From positions 1 to 64,000 of the forward strand of contig JBHLLG010000012.1 in NCBI GenBank assembly GCA_048885925.1: a DNA stretch of 64,000 nt, read 5' to 3'. The notes under the pieces were generated by a model. That model ran no database searches, was not told the DNA's origin, and saw only the letters and a program-made list of their open reading frames with translations. The position numbers and the translations under genes were made by a program. Position 1 is the stretch's first letter; every line of letters begins with the position of its first letter. This DNA comes from Candidatus Hermodarchaeota archaeon. GTDB taxonomy: Archaea > Asgardarchaeota > Lokiarchaeia > Sigyniarchaeales > SOKP01. This document shows positions 20,003 to 29,826 of this stretch, in pieces.

Positions 20003-21076
20003 TTAGAGTTTATATCGTAAAAAACCTACTATTGAACCTAAACTTACTAATTGCTCGCCAGTAATATTTTCAGTACTCATTATGTTTATTTCCCCTCCAG
20101 AATTTTCAACGTTTGTTATAATTTTTTCAATCTTTAATTTATTTTCTTTTGAAGTACCCCTAATTAACACATCTGCTATTAAAAGTTCTTTAATTGCTCC
20201 TTGATTAGAAGCTTTTGACACTTCATCAAGACCAATTACTATGAGATCGGCATCGTTGGCAAACTGTGTCATAATATTTTCGATTTTTTCAGCTTCCTGA
20301 AGAATCTTGACATTTTTTTTAAGATTTGCTAGTTTATTTGATTTTAAAGTTTCTCTAATAGCACTTTCTGTACCCGAAGTTGCTTGACATAATTCTATAT
20401 TACCTTTGAAGTTAAATTCAGGTATAGTACGCAGAAAATTTGAGAAATGGTCTTTAATGTTTCCAGGACCACATATAACAATTAAATTTATATTTGTTTT
20501 TTTTACATTTTCAATTAGAACTTTTTGAATGTCATCAAAAAAATCGTCTAAAGCCTTATTTCTATATGTTTGCTTATATCTTTTACCAGGTATGTTTTTT
20601 CTAATGGTAGCAATTCTTTTATAACTGAAATTTGTGATAAGTGCTAAAGTTGCTAAACCTGTTTCAATCGCAATAATAAATATAACAAAATTAGATTTGA
20701 ACTTTGAGCTTTCTTTTACTCTTCTTAATTCATGATTTAACCATTTTTCTTTAATAATTGTTAATTCCTGTAATACTTCAACATTAAAAGTATGATAAGA
20801 GCCAAAACTAACAAAATCTTCAGGCCCTTCTAAAATTCTTCCTTTTATTCTCAATCTATTTGAAAATTCATGAAAAGAAACATCTTCAACTTGTAATTTT
20901 AATCTCATTAATTTTCGTTCACCCTTAGTTCCTTCTTTAAGAACAACTCGTCTTTGAGTTAAGGAAATGATTATATCATCCTTATTTATAACGTTATAGA
21001 GAGACCATAAGTCATTAAGATTTTCAGTCTTAACAGTGATTTCTCCTTGTTTTTGATTTATATTAAGAATTTTCAA
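20003..21076 (-). CDS. pelA: mRNA surveillance protein pelota (aDom34)
   Basis: ENLNDLWSLYNVI, RLRIKGRI, GSYHTFNV, PGKRY, GEQLVSLGSIVGFLRY. Confidence 0.95.
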   Translation of the reverse strand: MKILNINQKQGEITVKTENLNDLWSLYNVINKDDIIISLTQRRVVLKEGTKGERKLMRLKLQVEDVSFHEFSNRLRIKGRILEGPEDFVSFGSYHTFNVEVLQELTIIKEKWLNHELRRVKESSKFKSNFVIFIIAIETGLATLALITNFSYKRIATIRKNIPGKRYKQTYRNKALDDFFDDIQKVLIENVKKTNINLIVICGPGNIKDHFSNFLRTIPEFNFKGNIELCQATSGTESAIRETLKSNKLANLKKNVKILQEAEKIENIMTQFANDADLIVIGLDEVSKASNQGAIKELLIADVLIRGTSKENKLKIEKIITNVENSGGEINIMSTENITGEQLVSLGSIVGFLRYKL

Positions 21077-21225
21077 ATCTTAAAATGACCCCATTAAAAA
21101 TTCTATTTATATAAACATAAGTTAAATTATTAGAAAAGCTTAATTCAATTTGTAATAAAACAAATTAATAAAAAATAAAATAAATAATAAAGATTAAAAC
21201 AAATTCAATTAAATTTATAAACTTT

Positions 21226-21378
21226 TTATTTTTCTCCTAAAGCTTGTTTGACTTTTTCTAATTCTTCCATTCGTTTCTTTTTCTCTTCTTCTCTTTTTCT
21301 TAACTCTTTCTCATCGACTTTCTGTAGTGAAACACCTTTTTTAATTTCTTCTTGAAGTTCTTTATCTATTGGAGCCAC
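21226..21378 (-). CDS. 50-aa microprotein with WH2/actobindin-like motif plus charged helix, absent from the ORF track
   Basis: Manual translation from GTG at 21378: MAPIDKELQEEIKKGVSLQKVDEKELRKREEEKKKRMEELEKVKQALGEK*; AGGTG SD 10 nt upstream. Confidence 0.7.
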   Translation of the reverse strand: MAPIDKELQEEIKKGVSLQKVDEKELRKREEEKKKRMEELEKVKQALGEK

Positions 21379-21469
21379 TTTTAATTAACACCTTATATTT
21401 TGAATTCATCTAATATAATTAAATTGATATTTACAGATATTATAATAGAATTTATTTATAAGTTTTAGT

Positions 21470-21937
21470 TTATAGAGAGTCTATATTTAATTCCATTAAA
21501 TAAGCAGATTCCCCAGATTGATAATAATTTTTTATTATTGTTGGATTTCTTTTAAAATTAAACTTTTCATATAATCTAATGGCAACAGAATTATTTATTT
21601 GGACATTTAAAATTATTTTTTTTATATTTGATAACTTTTTTATTTCTTTTATTGTTTCTTGAAGTAGATAGGAACCATATCCTTTCTTTTGAAATCTAGG
21701 ATTTATAAGAAAATTTATAATATTAACACAATTTTTTTTATCTTTCACTACTATTATGATTCCAATTAGTTCTTTTCTAATTTTATTTGTTTCTAATTTT
21801 AAAAAGAACGTATTGTTTTCGATTAATCTTTCAATTAAATCTTTTGAAAAAGCATTCTCTCTAAAAATTTTTTGTTCAAGATGTACAATTTTTTTTAAAT
21901 CTCTCGAATTTACTTCTTTAACTTCCATTAAAACCAT
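21470..21937 (-). CDS. GNAT N-acetyltransferase (RimI/Ard1-like)
   Basis: INPRFQKKGYGS motif A, NSVAIRLYEKFNF, YYQSGESAYLM. Confidence 0.88.
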   Translation of the reverse strand: MVLMEVKEVNSRDLKKIVHLEQKIFRENAFSKDLIERLIENNTFFLKLETNKIRKELIGIIIVVKDKKNCVNIINFLINPRFQKKGYGSYLLQETIKEIKKLSNIKKIILNVQINNSVAIRLYEKFNFKRNPTIIKNYYQSGESAYLMELNIDSL

Positions 21938-23069
21938 ATTCTTTTCTAAATACTTTAATTGGAGTCTTTTCTGTTATTTGTTGATATTTTGGAATTCTAA
22001 AAGGTATCATTTCAACAATATAGCCTTTTAATTCATATTTTTTCAATAAATTTTCAAAATTTGTTTGGATTGCTACATAGAATGGTAGTTTAATGTTTTT
22101 TCCATCAAATGTTATTAATTTTTCAGTAATTATTCTTTCTGATATTAAGATTTTATAAAATTCAGCTAATTTCTCTTTTTCTCCTTCAATTTGTCCAAAT
22201 ATTAATAATCCTTCTTCAGTAATAACTTCAAATGGTAGTCTTATGTTTTTAGCTCGTCTAATATATCTATTTTTTAATTGATAAAAATCTTTAGCTTTAG
22301 TTGTACAAAAATGCATTTTCATAGATACTTTTGGACCTAATTGCCGTATAATATCTAAACCAGCTTCATAACTATTGATGACAGAACCAATTGAGTCTTT
22401 TTTCAATTTAAAGCCTCTATCTTTTAGATTTTGGCTATTAGGAAAACAAAATTCAAATTCATTCAAATTAATAAAATCTACTCCTATCTTGTTTAAAAAA
22501 AGAATAAAATTTTCAAGATTATTAATATTTTCTTTTTCTGGAATTACCGGTACTTCAGCTCCTACATCTATATTTTTATTCAAAGCTTTTTCGATAAGAA
22601 ACCAATTTTCCTTGCTGGGATGGAACCGAATCTCATCTAATCCTACAGCAGATAACATTTTTGCTTTATTTTCATTGAAATCTATTCCATTTGTATAAAC
22701 ATGTACATGAAACTTATCTCCCTTTTTTGACTTAACGTATTTAATATATTCAATAGTTTTTCTAAAATTTAATTCTGAGAGAGGTTCTCCCCCTGTAATA
22801 CTCATTCCTTTAGCTTTTATAGTATTTATTTCTTTAAGTAATTCGTCTTTTGAACTAATTTCTATTTCGTTTGCGAACGTGAAATTTTTTGCTTTTCTCT
22901 CTTCTGAAATGGGGCAATACCAAGAACAATAATCAGGTTTTTGACAAATACCATTCAAAAATAAAACTACTTTACTTCCTTTTAAACAATATTTACAACC
23001 TTTAGGGATACCTCTCTCTTTTATATAAAAAGTTTCTCCTTCTGATTTTTTTAATTTTATATTATTCAT
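21918..23069 (-). CDS. Radical SAM protein (COG2108-like)
   Basis: PKGCKYC..G.K.VLF..G.CQKPDYCSWYCP, SITGGEPL, GLDEIRFHP, NLNEFE. Confidence 0.85.
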   Translation of the reverse strand: MNNIKLKKSEGETFYIKERGIPKGCKYCLKGSKVVLFLNGICQKPDYCSWYCPISEERKAKNFTFANEIEISSKDELLKEINTIKAKGMSITGGEPLSELNFRKTIEYIKYVKSKKGDKFHVHVYTNGIDFNENKAKMLSAVGLDEIRFHPSKENWFLIEKALNKNIDVGAEVPVIPEKENINNLENFILFLNKIGVDFINLNEFEFCFPNSQNLKDRGFKLKKDSIGSVINSYEAGLDIIRQLGPKVSMKMHFCTTKAKDFYQLKNRYIRRAKNIRLPFEVITEEGLLIFGQIEGEKEKLAEFYKILISERIITEKLITFDGKNIKLPFYVAIQTNFENLLKKYELKGYIVEMIPFRIPKYQQITEKTPIKVFRKEYGFNGS

Positions 23070-23773
23070 AATCTAAACAATTTTTTTCTTACAATAGATT
23101 TCTTTTTAGCTAATTCTTTTAATACTTCCTCAATAGTCTCATCAATATGAAGCTTTCTTTTAAGAAAAACTCCTGTCCTACCATATTTTTGTCTTCGAAG
23201 AAGGACCTTCACCCGTTCATTTAAAGTTTCAATGTTAATACCTACTACTTTAGCAGCATTGGCTTCATTATCTATAACTGAAATCTCTTCATGTCCATCA
23301 TTAGTTGGTTTAATTAATACAAGTCTTTTATCTATACCAGCTACTCGAATATTTGATTTCAACTGGTTTAAATCAACATTTCCTCCAAATTTATAAAATT
23401 CGATCATCTTTCTATCTAACTTTGATAAAGGGATTGTGATACTCTCTAATTCGCTTAAGTAGATGTAAAGTTTAATTGAATCCAAGGGTGTCGCCATAAT
23501 TATTTCTCTAAAAAAATTTTTAAAACCATTTTTATTTAAAATATACTCTACTTGAAAGGATGGGATTTGCTTTGTGAAAATAATATCAACATCACTATTT
23601 TTATGAACATCTCCCCGAGCAATACTTCCATACACAATTGGAGCGAAACCTTCATTTATAAATATTTCAAGTAATTTTTTTGCTGTAATCCTTTTTTCTT
23701 TTAAGAGATTCCATTTACTTTCTGAATAAACTACTTTATCAAAATGGTTTCTTAAAATTTTCTCTTTAAGCAT
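23066..23773 (-). CDS. Pol-beta-family nucleotidyltransferase (COG2413-like)
   Basis: YGSIARGDVHKNSDVDI, EFYKFGG, GIDKRL, GRTGVF. Confidence 0.88.
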   Translation of the reverse strand: MLKEKILRNHFDKVVYSESKWNLLKEKRITAKKLLEIFINEGFAPIVYGSIARGDVHKNSDVDIIFTKQIPSFQVEYILNKNGFKNFFREIIMATPLDSIKLYIYLSELESITIPLSKLDRKMIEFYKFGGNVDLNQLKSNIRVAGIDKRLVLIKPTNDGHEEISVIDNEANAAKVVGINIETLNERVKVLLRRQKYGRTGVFLKRKLHIDETIEEVLKELAKKKSIVRKKLFRL

Positions 23774-23791
23774 ATTACAAATCTATTTTTT

Positions 23792-24619
23792 TTATTTCAA
23801 TAATTTGGTTTCGATGATATCAATAATAATACCCATTAAAATCGTTTCATAGTATTTAAATGAATTTTTAGCTTTATCTAGAGTAATTATATTTAATCCT
23901 ATTAAGTTTCGAGAGGGAATTTTTCTTATTAACCTTTTTAAGTTCTTATTAGGTAATATAAATTTTGAATTTTTGCTAAAAATAACGTAAAGTTTGTCAT
24001 TATAAAAATTTTTCTTTATAAGTTTAGATAAGTTTTTTAAATTTTCCATATCTACTTTTGGATTAATTAAAATCAATCCCTTATTTCTATTATCATTTAG
24101 TATAACATTGTAAGAAAAAGAGCATTTTAAATAACTCAGTACTAAGTAATTTTGATTTTGCATAAGTTCATTTTTTTGTAAATAATCAAAGATTGTAGAA
24201 ATAAATGATTTTATTTCATCCATAATTGTTTGTTTCAATAAAATTGATTCTAGATAATGTTTAACCTTAATCTTAACATTAACAACATTAAATCCTGTAC
24301 TGGATAATCCCTCAGTTAAAGTATGTAGCATTTTTCTTTTAAAGCCTTGTCTAAAAATAAAAATTAGTGGATTTTTTATGAAATCTTTTTTTAAGGAAAT
24401 ATCTCTAGTTAGATACCATTTTTTTATTTGAAAAAATTGATTTTTATGTATCTTTTTAAAATCTGGAAAATAAAAATATTCTAAACATTCATTAGAGAAA
24501 GAGGATCGCCAACGATGAGTTGATTTGAAAATCCTTACACCAATTAATAAAAGAATTAACAAAATAATGATAATTGTATCTATTAGAATCCAATCAACTT
24601 GAAAAATATCATTCATCAT
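23792..24619 (-). CDS. Membrane-anchored hypothetical protein (possibly degenerate alpha/beta-hydrolase fold)
   Basis: N-terminal TM helix; GLILINP strand; no catalytic GxSxG. Confidence 0.55.
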   Translation of the reverse strand: MMNDIFQVDWILIDTIIIILLILLLIGVRIFKSTHRWRSSFSNECLEYFYFPDFKKIHKNQFFQIKKWYLTRDISLKKDFIKNPLIFIFRQGFKRKMLHTLTEGLSSTGFNVVNVKIKVKHYLESILLKQTIMDEIKSFISTIFDYLQKNELMQNQNYLVLSYLKCSFSYNVILNDNRNKGLILINPKVDMENLKNLSKLIKKNFYNDKLYVIFSKNSKFILPNKNLKRLIRKIPSRNLIGLNIITLDKAKNSFKYYETILMGIIIDIIETKLLK

Positions 24620-24642
24620 AATAAAATAAATCTAAATTCTTT

Positions 24643-24957
24643 TTAATCAACAACTTCATCAATCCAATTCAAATATTTTTTAGATCCTTTTTCAATTTTT
24701 ATACCAACACATTCTGGATTCTCATAACTATGGATTTCATTGATTTTTTGAATTAGTAATTCACAATTTTCTTCATTAGTCTTTATTAATAATATATGCT
24801 CATTGTCTTCCTCAATTTTTCCTTTCCATCTATAAATGGAATAAATATTCTGAATGATATTTACGCATGCTACTAATTTATTTTCTACTAAGATTCTTGC
24901 TATTTTCTGACCTTCATTAATATTAGGAACAGTTACAAAAAAAAGATAATAGTTCAT
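24643..24957 (-). CDS. cutA: Divalent-cation tolerance protein CutA
   Basis: LVENKLVACVNI, SIYRWKGKIE, HSYENPE, YLNWI; ATG at 24957 preferred over the track's upstream start. Confidence 0.92.
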   Translation of the reverse strand: MNYYLFFVTVPNINEGQKIARILVENKLVACVNIIQNIYSIYRWKGKIEEDNEHILLIKTNEENCELLIQKINEIHSYENPECVGIKIEKGSKKYLNWIDEVVD

Positions 24958-25347
24958 GATAACGATTTTTTCGAATTTTTTAATTTTAATTAATAAAATA
25001 CTTAATATCAAATTTTTTAAGATTTATTGATTATTAATAGTTTTTAATGGTTAATTTGAAGATGAATTATAGATTTTATCGTACTTTTTCCCTCAAAAAT
25101 TTAGATTTAACTGATTCAGTTTAATATTTTAGTTTATTTATATGGATTTAACCTCATCCTATCTAAAAATTCTCAAAATATATAAAGAGTAAATAATTTA
25201 AGAGATTTTTGTTATTAATCAATAGAAAATCTTATTTTTATCATCCGTAAATTTGCATATGGTTTTAATGAAGAAATTTATATGATCATAATTTATTAAA
25301 TATACAACAAAGAACATATTTTTTAAATAGCAATAAAGGTTTTAAAT

Positions 25348-26073
25348 TTGTTACATAACGTATATCTCATTCATCAGCACACAGGAATTTGTTTGATCCA
25401 TCGTAAATACGGTAGTATAGAATTTAATCAAGATTTAGTTAGTGGTTTTCTCACAGCATTAAAGGATTTTAGCGTCGAGTTTTCTAAAGGAAGTGGAGAA
25501 CTTAAAGTTATCGATATGCAAGTGTTCTATCTTCTTCTTGTTTTTAAAGAAGGTGTTCTGATAACTGCTGCAGCAGATAAGAATGATGATGCAAAAATAA
25601 CCCATAAAGCTCTAACAGATATTATTGATAAGTTTGTTGTCGAATTTGGTGAAAAATTGGAATCATGGTCCGGTGATGTCCGTATTTTTCGAAATTTTGA
25701 AACTGTTATTGATGAAATTTTGCAGAAAGGTAAAATTGCTGAGATACAGTTAAAAATTCCAATTTTAAAAATTTTCAAAAAGGATTTTATTAAATCTCAA
25801 AAGCAGATTGCAAAGAAAGGTTTAGTTATATCAGAGGAAGATTTACGTGAAGTTAAGGATGTGAAACCAGAATGGACTGCTAAAAAATTACCAAAACAAG
25901 TAATTACGCAAGGATTTTTAGATAAGAAAGAATTTAAAATTGCGCATTTAGCTGATGGATTTCATACTATTGCTGAAATTGCGGAGGAGACTGGACGTCC
26001 AGAATCAGAAATTCAGCGTATAATCACTAGTTTAGACGATTTAGGATTGCTATCGTTTATAGAAATAAAATAA
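25348..26073 (+). CDS. Longin-domain protein with C-terminal winged helix
   Basis: Asgard longin pattern (VYLI..TGICL...DLVSGFLTALKDFS...WSGD..F..F...ID) plus ADGFHTIAEIAEETG...LDDLGLL. Confidence 0.75.
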   Translation: MLHNVYLIHQHTGICLIHRKYGSIEFNQDLVSGFLTALKDFSVEFSKGSGELKVIDMQVFYLLLVFKEGVLITAAADKNDDAKITHKALTDIIDKFVVEFGEKLESWSGDVRIFRNFETVIDEILQKGKIAEIQLKIPILKIFKKDFIKSQKQIAKKGLVISEEDLREVKDVKPEWTAKKLPKQVITQGFLDKKEFKIAHLADGFHTIAEIAEETGRPESEIQRIITSLDDLGLLSFIEIK

Positions 26074-26199
26074 TATTAATATAGTCTCTTTTTTGATTTA
26101 TATTTAAATTAAAATATTATTTATTATGTTCCTATTTTTAGTTATTTTTTACAACTAAAAGAAAAAATTTTTCAAAACTGTTTTATTAACATATTTAAG

Positions 26200-27672
26200 A
26201 TGAATGTTAATAAAATTGCTGACAATATATATGAGATTCAACCAAAAACATTAATGACGCGTATTAAGGGGAACATTGAAAAATTTCAGATGAGAGTCCC
26301 TGTAAAAATATATGCTAATAATTACATTCTCGAACAAATAAAGTTAGATCGTACGCTAGAACAAATTTGCAATGTTGCTTGTTTACCTGGAATACAAAAA
26401 CATGCTATAGCTCTTTCGGACGCTCATCAAGGGTATGGTTTTTGCATAGGAGGAGTTGCTGGAACGGATGCAGAAAATGGAATGATTTCTCCGGGTGGGG
26501 TTGGATATGATATTAATTGTGGTGTAAGGTTACTAAGATCAAATTTAGATCTTAAAGATGTTAGGGATGTACTTCCAAATCTGTTGAACGCCATCTTTCA
26601 TAATATTCCTTCAGGTTTGGGTTCAAAAGGAAAACTCAATATTAGTTATTCTGATTTAGACAAAGTTCTAAATAATGGTGTGAATTGGGCATATGAAAAT
26701 GATTATGCAATTGAAGATGATATTGAGCACTTAGAAGAGAGAGGTTGTCTAAAAGAAGCTGATGCTAGTTTAGTTTCTGAAAGAGCAAAACAACGTGCGA
26801 TTAAACAGCTCGGCTCTCTAGGAAGTGGGAATCATTTTTTGGAAATTCAAAAAGTTGATCAAATTTATAATGAAGAAATCGCTAAAAAATTAGGTATCTT
26901 AAGAAAAGATCAAATAGCAGTTATGATTCACACAGGAAGTAGAGCTCTTGGTCATCAAGTTTGCACAGATTCATTACGTAACGTTGAAAAAGCTATGAAA
27001 AAATATAACATTAATGTCCCAGATAGAGAATTGGCATGTGTTCCAGCTAATAAACCTGAAGCACAGAATTACTTAAAACAAATGGCATGTGCTGCTAATT
27101 TTGGTTTTACAAATCGTCAATTAATAACTCATTGGTTAAGAGAATCATTTCAAAATGTCTTTAAAAAAGATATTGATGATTTAGATTTACATTTAATCTA
27201 TGGAGTTTGTCATAATATTCTTAAAATTGAAGAACATGAAATTAATGGTAAAAAAATGAAATTAAATGTTCATAGAAAAGGTGCTACAAGAGCTTTTCCA
27301 CCAGATCATCCAGTTTTACCATCTGATTATAAATCTATAGGTCAACCTGCATTAATTCCAGGAACTATGGGTTCAGCATCATATCTATGTGTAGGGAAGA
27401 AAAATGCTATGGATCTGTCATTCGGTTCTACTGCTCACGGTTCGGGAAGATTAATGTCTAGAACGAAAGCTATTAAGGAATATTGGGGAGAAAAAGTGAA
27501 AAATAATCTTAGCAAACAGGGTATTATTATACAAGCAGCTTCCATGAAGGTAATCGCTGAAGAAGCTCCCGGTGCTTATAAAGATATAGATCAAGTTGTA
27601 CAAGTAAGCCATGATTTAGGAATTGTTGAAAAAGTTGTTAGATTTGTTCCAGTAGGGGTTGTAAAGGGATAA
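26200..27672 (+). CDS. rtcB: tRNA-splicing ligase RtcB
   Basis: DAHQGYGFCIGGV, GYDINCG, GSLGSGNHFLE, HTGSR, VHRKGATRA, PGTMG, STAHGSGR, EEAPGAYK. Confidence 0.97.
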   Translation: MNVNKIADNIYEIQPKTLMTRIKGNIEKFQMRVPVKIYANNYILEQIKLDRTLEQICNVACLPGIQKHAIALSDAHQGYGFCIGGVAGTDAENGMISPGGVGYDINCGVRLLRSNLDLKDVRDVLPNLLNAIFHNIPSGLGSKGKLNISYSDLDKVLNNGVNWAYENDYAIEDDIEHLEERGCLKEADASLVSERAKQRAIKQLGSLGSGNHFLEIQKVDQIYNEEIAKKLGILRKDQIAVMIHTGSRALGHQVCTDSLRNVEKAMKKYNINVPDRELACVPANKPEAQNYLKQMACAANFGFTNRQLITHWLRESFQNVFKKDIDDLDLHLIYGVCHNILKIEEHEINGKKMKLNVHRKGATRAFPPDHPVLPSDYKSIGQPALIPGTMGSASYLCVGKKNAMDLSFGSTAHGSGRLMSRTKAIKEYWGEKVKNNLSKQGIIIQAASMKVIAEEAPGAYKDIDQVVQVSHDLGIVEKVVRFVPVGVVKG

Positions 27673-27701
27673 TTTCTTCCGTTAAATATTTATTTTTAGA
27701 T

Positions 27702-28139
27702 TTAAATATCAAATACAATGTTTATTTTTACTTTATCCTTTTTCTCTTCAATTTTCATGTAGGAATATGTTATTGCTTTCACTTCTGTACCTGATTCATG
27801 TTTATCTTTATTAAATTTTTCTCCTTTAACAATTGCCTCTAAAAAATATTTGTTTTGAATTTTTTTTATTGGTCGAATATCTATTTGGTTAAATAATAAA
27901 TCATCTACATCAAATAAGTAAAGAAATTCACTTAAAAAATCAAATAATAACGCCTCTTTATCTTCTGCTACAATAGTAATTTTTTTCTCAATTCTAGGAG
28001 ATATTAATTTCAAATTTGGAGTAATTGTTTCCATTAAGCTATATGCAGTTTGTTGAAAAGCCTCTTCTAAATTTCTACCTTTAATTTCAACAGAAACATC
28101 AGCAGTATGTTCCAGAAACCTATATCCTACATTCTTCAT
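27702..28139 (-). CDS. Archease (RtcB cofactor)
   Basis: YRFLEHTADV, LLFDFLSEFLY, EVKAITY, VFDI C-terminus; convergent with rtcB. Confidence 0.95.
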   Translation of the reverse strand: MKNVGYRFLEHTADVSVEIKGRNLEEAFQQTAYSLMETITPNLKLISPRIEKKITIVAEDKEALLFDFLSEFLYLFDVDDLLFNQIDIRPIKKIQNKYFLEAIVKGEKFNKDKHESGTEVKAITYSYMKIEEKKDKVKINIVFDI

Positions 28140-28246
28140 TTTTGCTTTGATAAATTGATTAAAATTTCGTGGTCTTTGATAAATATAACATTATAAAATT
28201 ATAAAAATTTCTTAGTGGTTTAAATTTATTCTAAAAAAAATAAATT

Positions 28247-28747
28247 ATGTTCTATACAATTGTGGATGATTTGATATTATACCAGTTATTGTCATTTGTA
28301 AAAAAATATTCTAATTTTGAACTTAAGTTATATAATTATTTTTATCAAAAAACTGATGGAATATTTCCAGAATTTATTCTGGTAATCAATAAATATGTTT
28401 TGTTTTTTGTAAAGAATGAAAATTTCTTTACATCTTGTAGGTATTTAAACTCAATGAGAAAGGAACTTAAAAAGAAAAAGATTTTAATTATAAGAGCTGA
28501 AAAAATTCTCATTAATTTGGTATTTAGCTTATTTCCTGATTTAAATATTAAGAATATTAAAGTAGAAATGGATAATAATTCTGGTATTAGAGTTTTATCT
28601 ATTTACTTTCTATTTTATGAAGAGAGAGGACTTGCAATAGGTCATAATGGTGATTATATTAAAGTTATAAATGAAATATTTAAAAAATATATTGTTTTTG
28701 AAAATCGAAATACTCCATTAGAGGTAAAATGTAAATTTAAAGAATAA
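28247..28747 (+). CDS. Divergent NusA-like KH-domain protein
   Basis: C-terminal RGLAIGHNGDYIKVINEIF KH motif; first KH degenerate. Confidence 0.55.
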   Translation: MFYTIVDDLILYQLLSFVKKYSNFELKLYNYFYQKTDGIFPEFILVINKYVLFFVKNENFFTSCRYLNSMRKELKKKKILIIRAEKILINLVFSLFPDLNIKNIKVEMDNNSGIRVLSIYFLFYEERGLAIGHNGDYIKVINEIFKKYIVFENRNTPLEVKCKFKE

Positions 28748-28765
28748 AGTGAAAGTATAGTTATT

Positions 28766-29536
28766 CTACCAAGGAACATCTTTCAAACCAATTAAATATG
28801 CAACAGTGTTAGCTATAATGCTAACAGCAGGGGTTAAAATTATTAGAAAAAGTATAATGAAGATATCTGGTAGGAGAAAGAGATTTGGAGCAAAAAAACC
28901 TGGGATTGAAACAAATAGTAAAGCTAATAAGGCAAAGTCTAGTTGATCTAAGATCCAAAATGGCTCTCCACTTTTAATATCAAATCTTCTCTTCAGAAAG
29001 GAACCCAGTAAGTCTCCTATTACCGCTCCATATGAAGCTAATACAATTCTTATAATTAATACAAGGAAGTTAATTGGAAATTCTCCACCTTTAAAGTAAT
29101 ATTCAAAAATTTCAATATTATTATAAAGATCATATTGTCCCTGGACCGTAGCCTCTGTTATGATTTCTTCAATAGGAATCCATAAAACGTTAAATAAGAG
29201 GAAAATGAGAAATGAAATTGGAATTCCGATATATAACGGACCTTTTAATCCATTCCATGTTTTATGATCTCCTAATATTCTTCTACCATCACGAAAATAT
29301 CTTCCACCATCGATAGGTTTACCCCCACCTGTAATAACCATTGAAGCATTTGAAATATAAGCAGGAACTATGAATAGAAGACTGAATATTAAGATTGTGA
29401 TCCAATCCGCCCAGTTAAAAATGATTGTTATTATAAGAAAATTAATTAAAATTAAAACAGCAAAAATTATTGCTAAGAGAATCGCTACTTTTTTGTGGAT
29501 TCTTTTCATTTCAGTCAGTTTATTTTCAGATGACAA
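28766..29536 (-). CDS. carS: CDP-archaeol synthase
   Basis: PAYISNAS..ITGGGKPIDGG..F.DGRRILGDHKTW.G; GDLLGSFLKRR; LDQLDF. Confidence 0.93.
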   Translation of the reverse strand: MSSENKLTEMKRIHKKVAILLAIIFAVLILINFLIITIIFNWADWITILIFSLLFIVPAYISNASMVITGGGKPIDGGRYFRDGRRILGDHKTWNGLKGPLYIGIPISFLIFLLFNVLWIPIEEIITEATVQGQYDLYNNIEIFEYYFKGGEFPINFLVLIIRIVLASYGAVIGDLLGSFLKRRFDIKSGEPFWILDQLDFALLALLFVSIPGFFAPNLFLLPDIFIILFLIILTPAVSIIANTVAYLIGLKDVPW

Positions 29537-29776
29537 GGTGATATTTTCTCTTAATATTTTATTTAATTAAATTTTTTAGTAATTGAAAGATTTGTTAATA
29601 AGAAGTTAATAAATATTGCTTCATAAATAAGATTCTTTTAAAGTATCGACAATAATAATATAAATTATTGAAAAGATTCATCAAAGTTATATATTAAATC
29701 TTTAACATTTTTCTATTAAATTAAAGTTTAATAATTAATTTTAAATATACAATCGAAATATTTTACATATCATAAT

Positions 29777-29789
29777 TTCGAGTGCAAAC
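29777..29789 (+). promoter_or_regulatory. Mini-ORB-like Orc1/Cdc6 binding site candidate
   Basis: TTCGAGTGCAAAC matches the ORB core TTCCAGTGGAAAC at 11/13 positions, about 40 nt upstream of cdc6 in an AT-rich intergenic region. Confidence 0.4.
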
Positions 29790-29826
29790 ACAGATATTAT
29801 AAGAATGAAGTAATATGGTGCCATAG

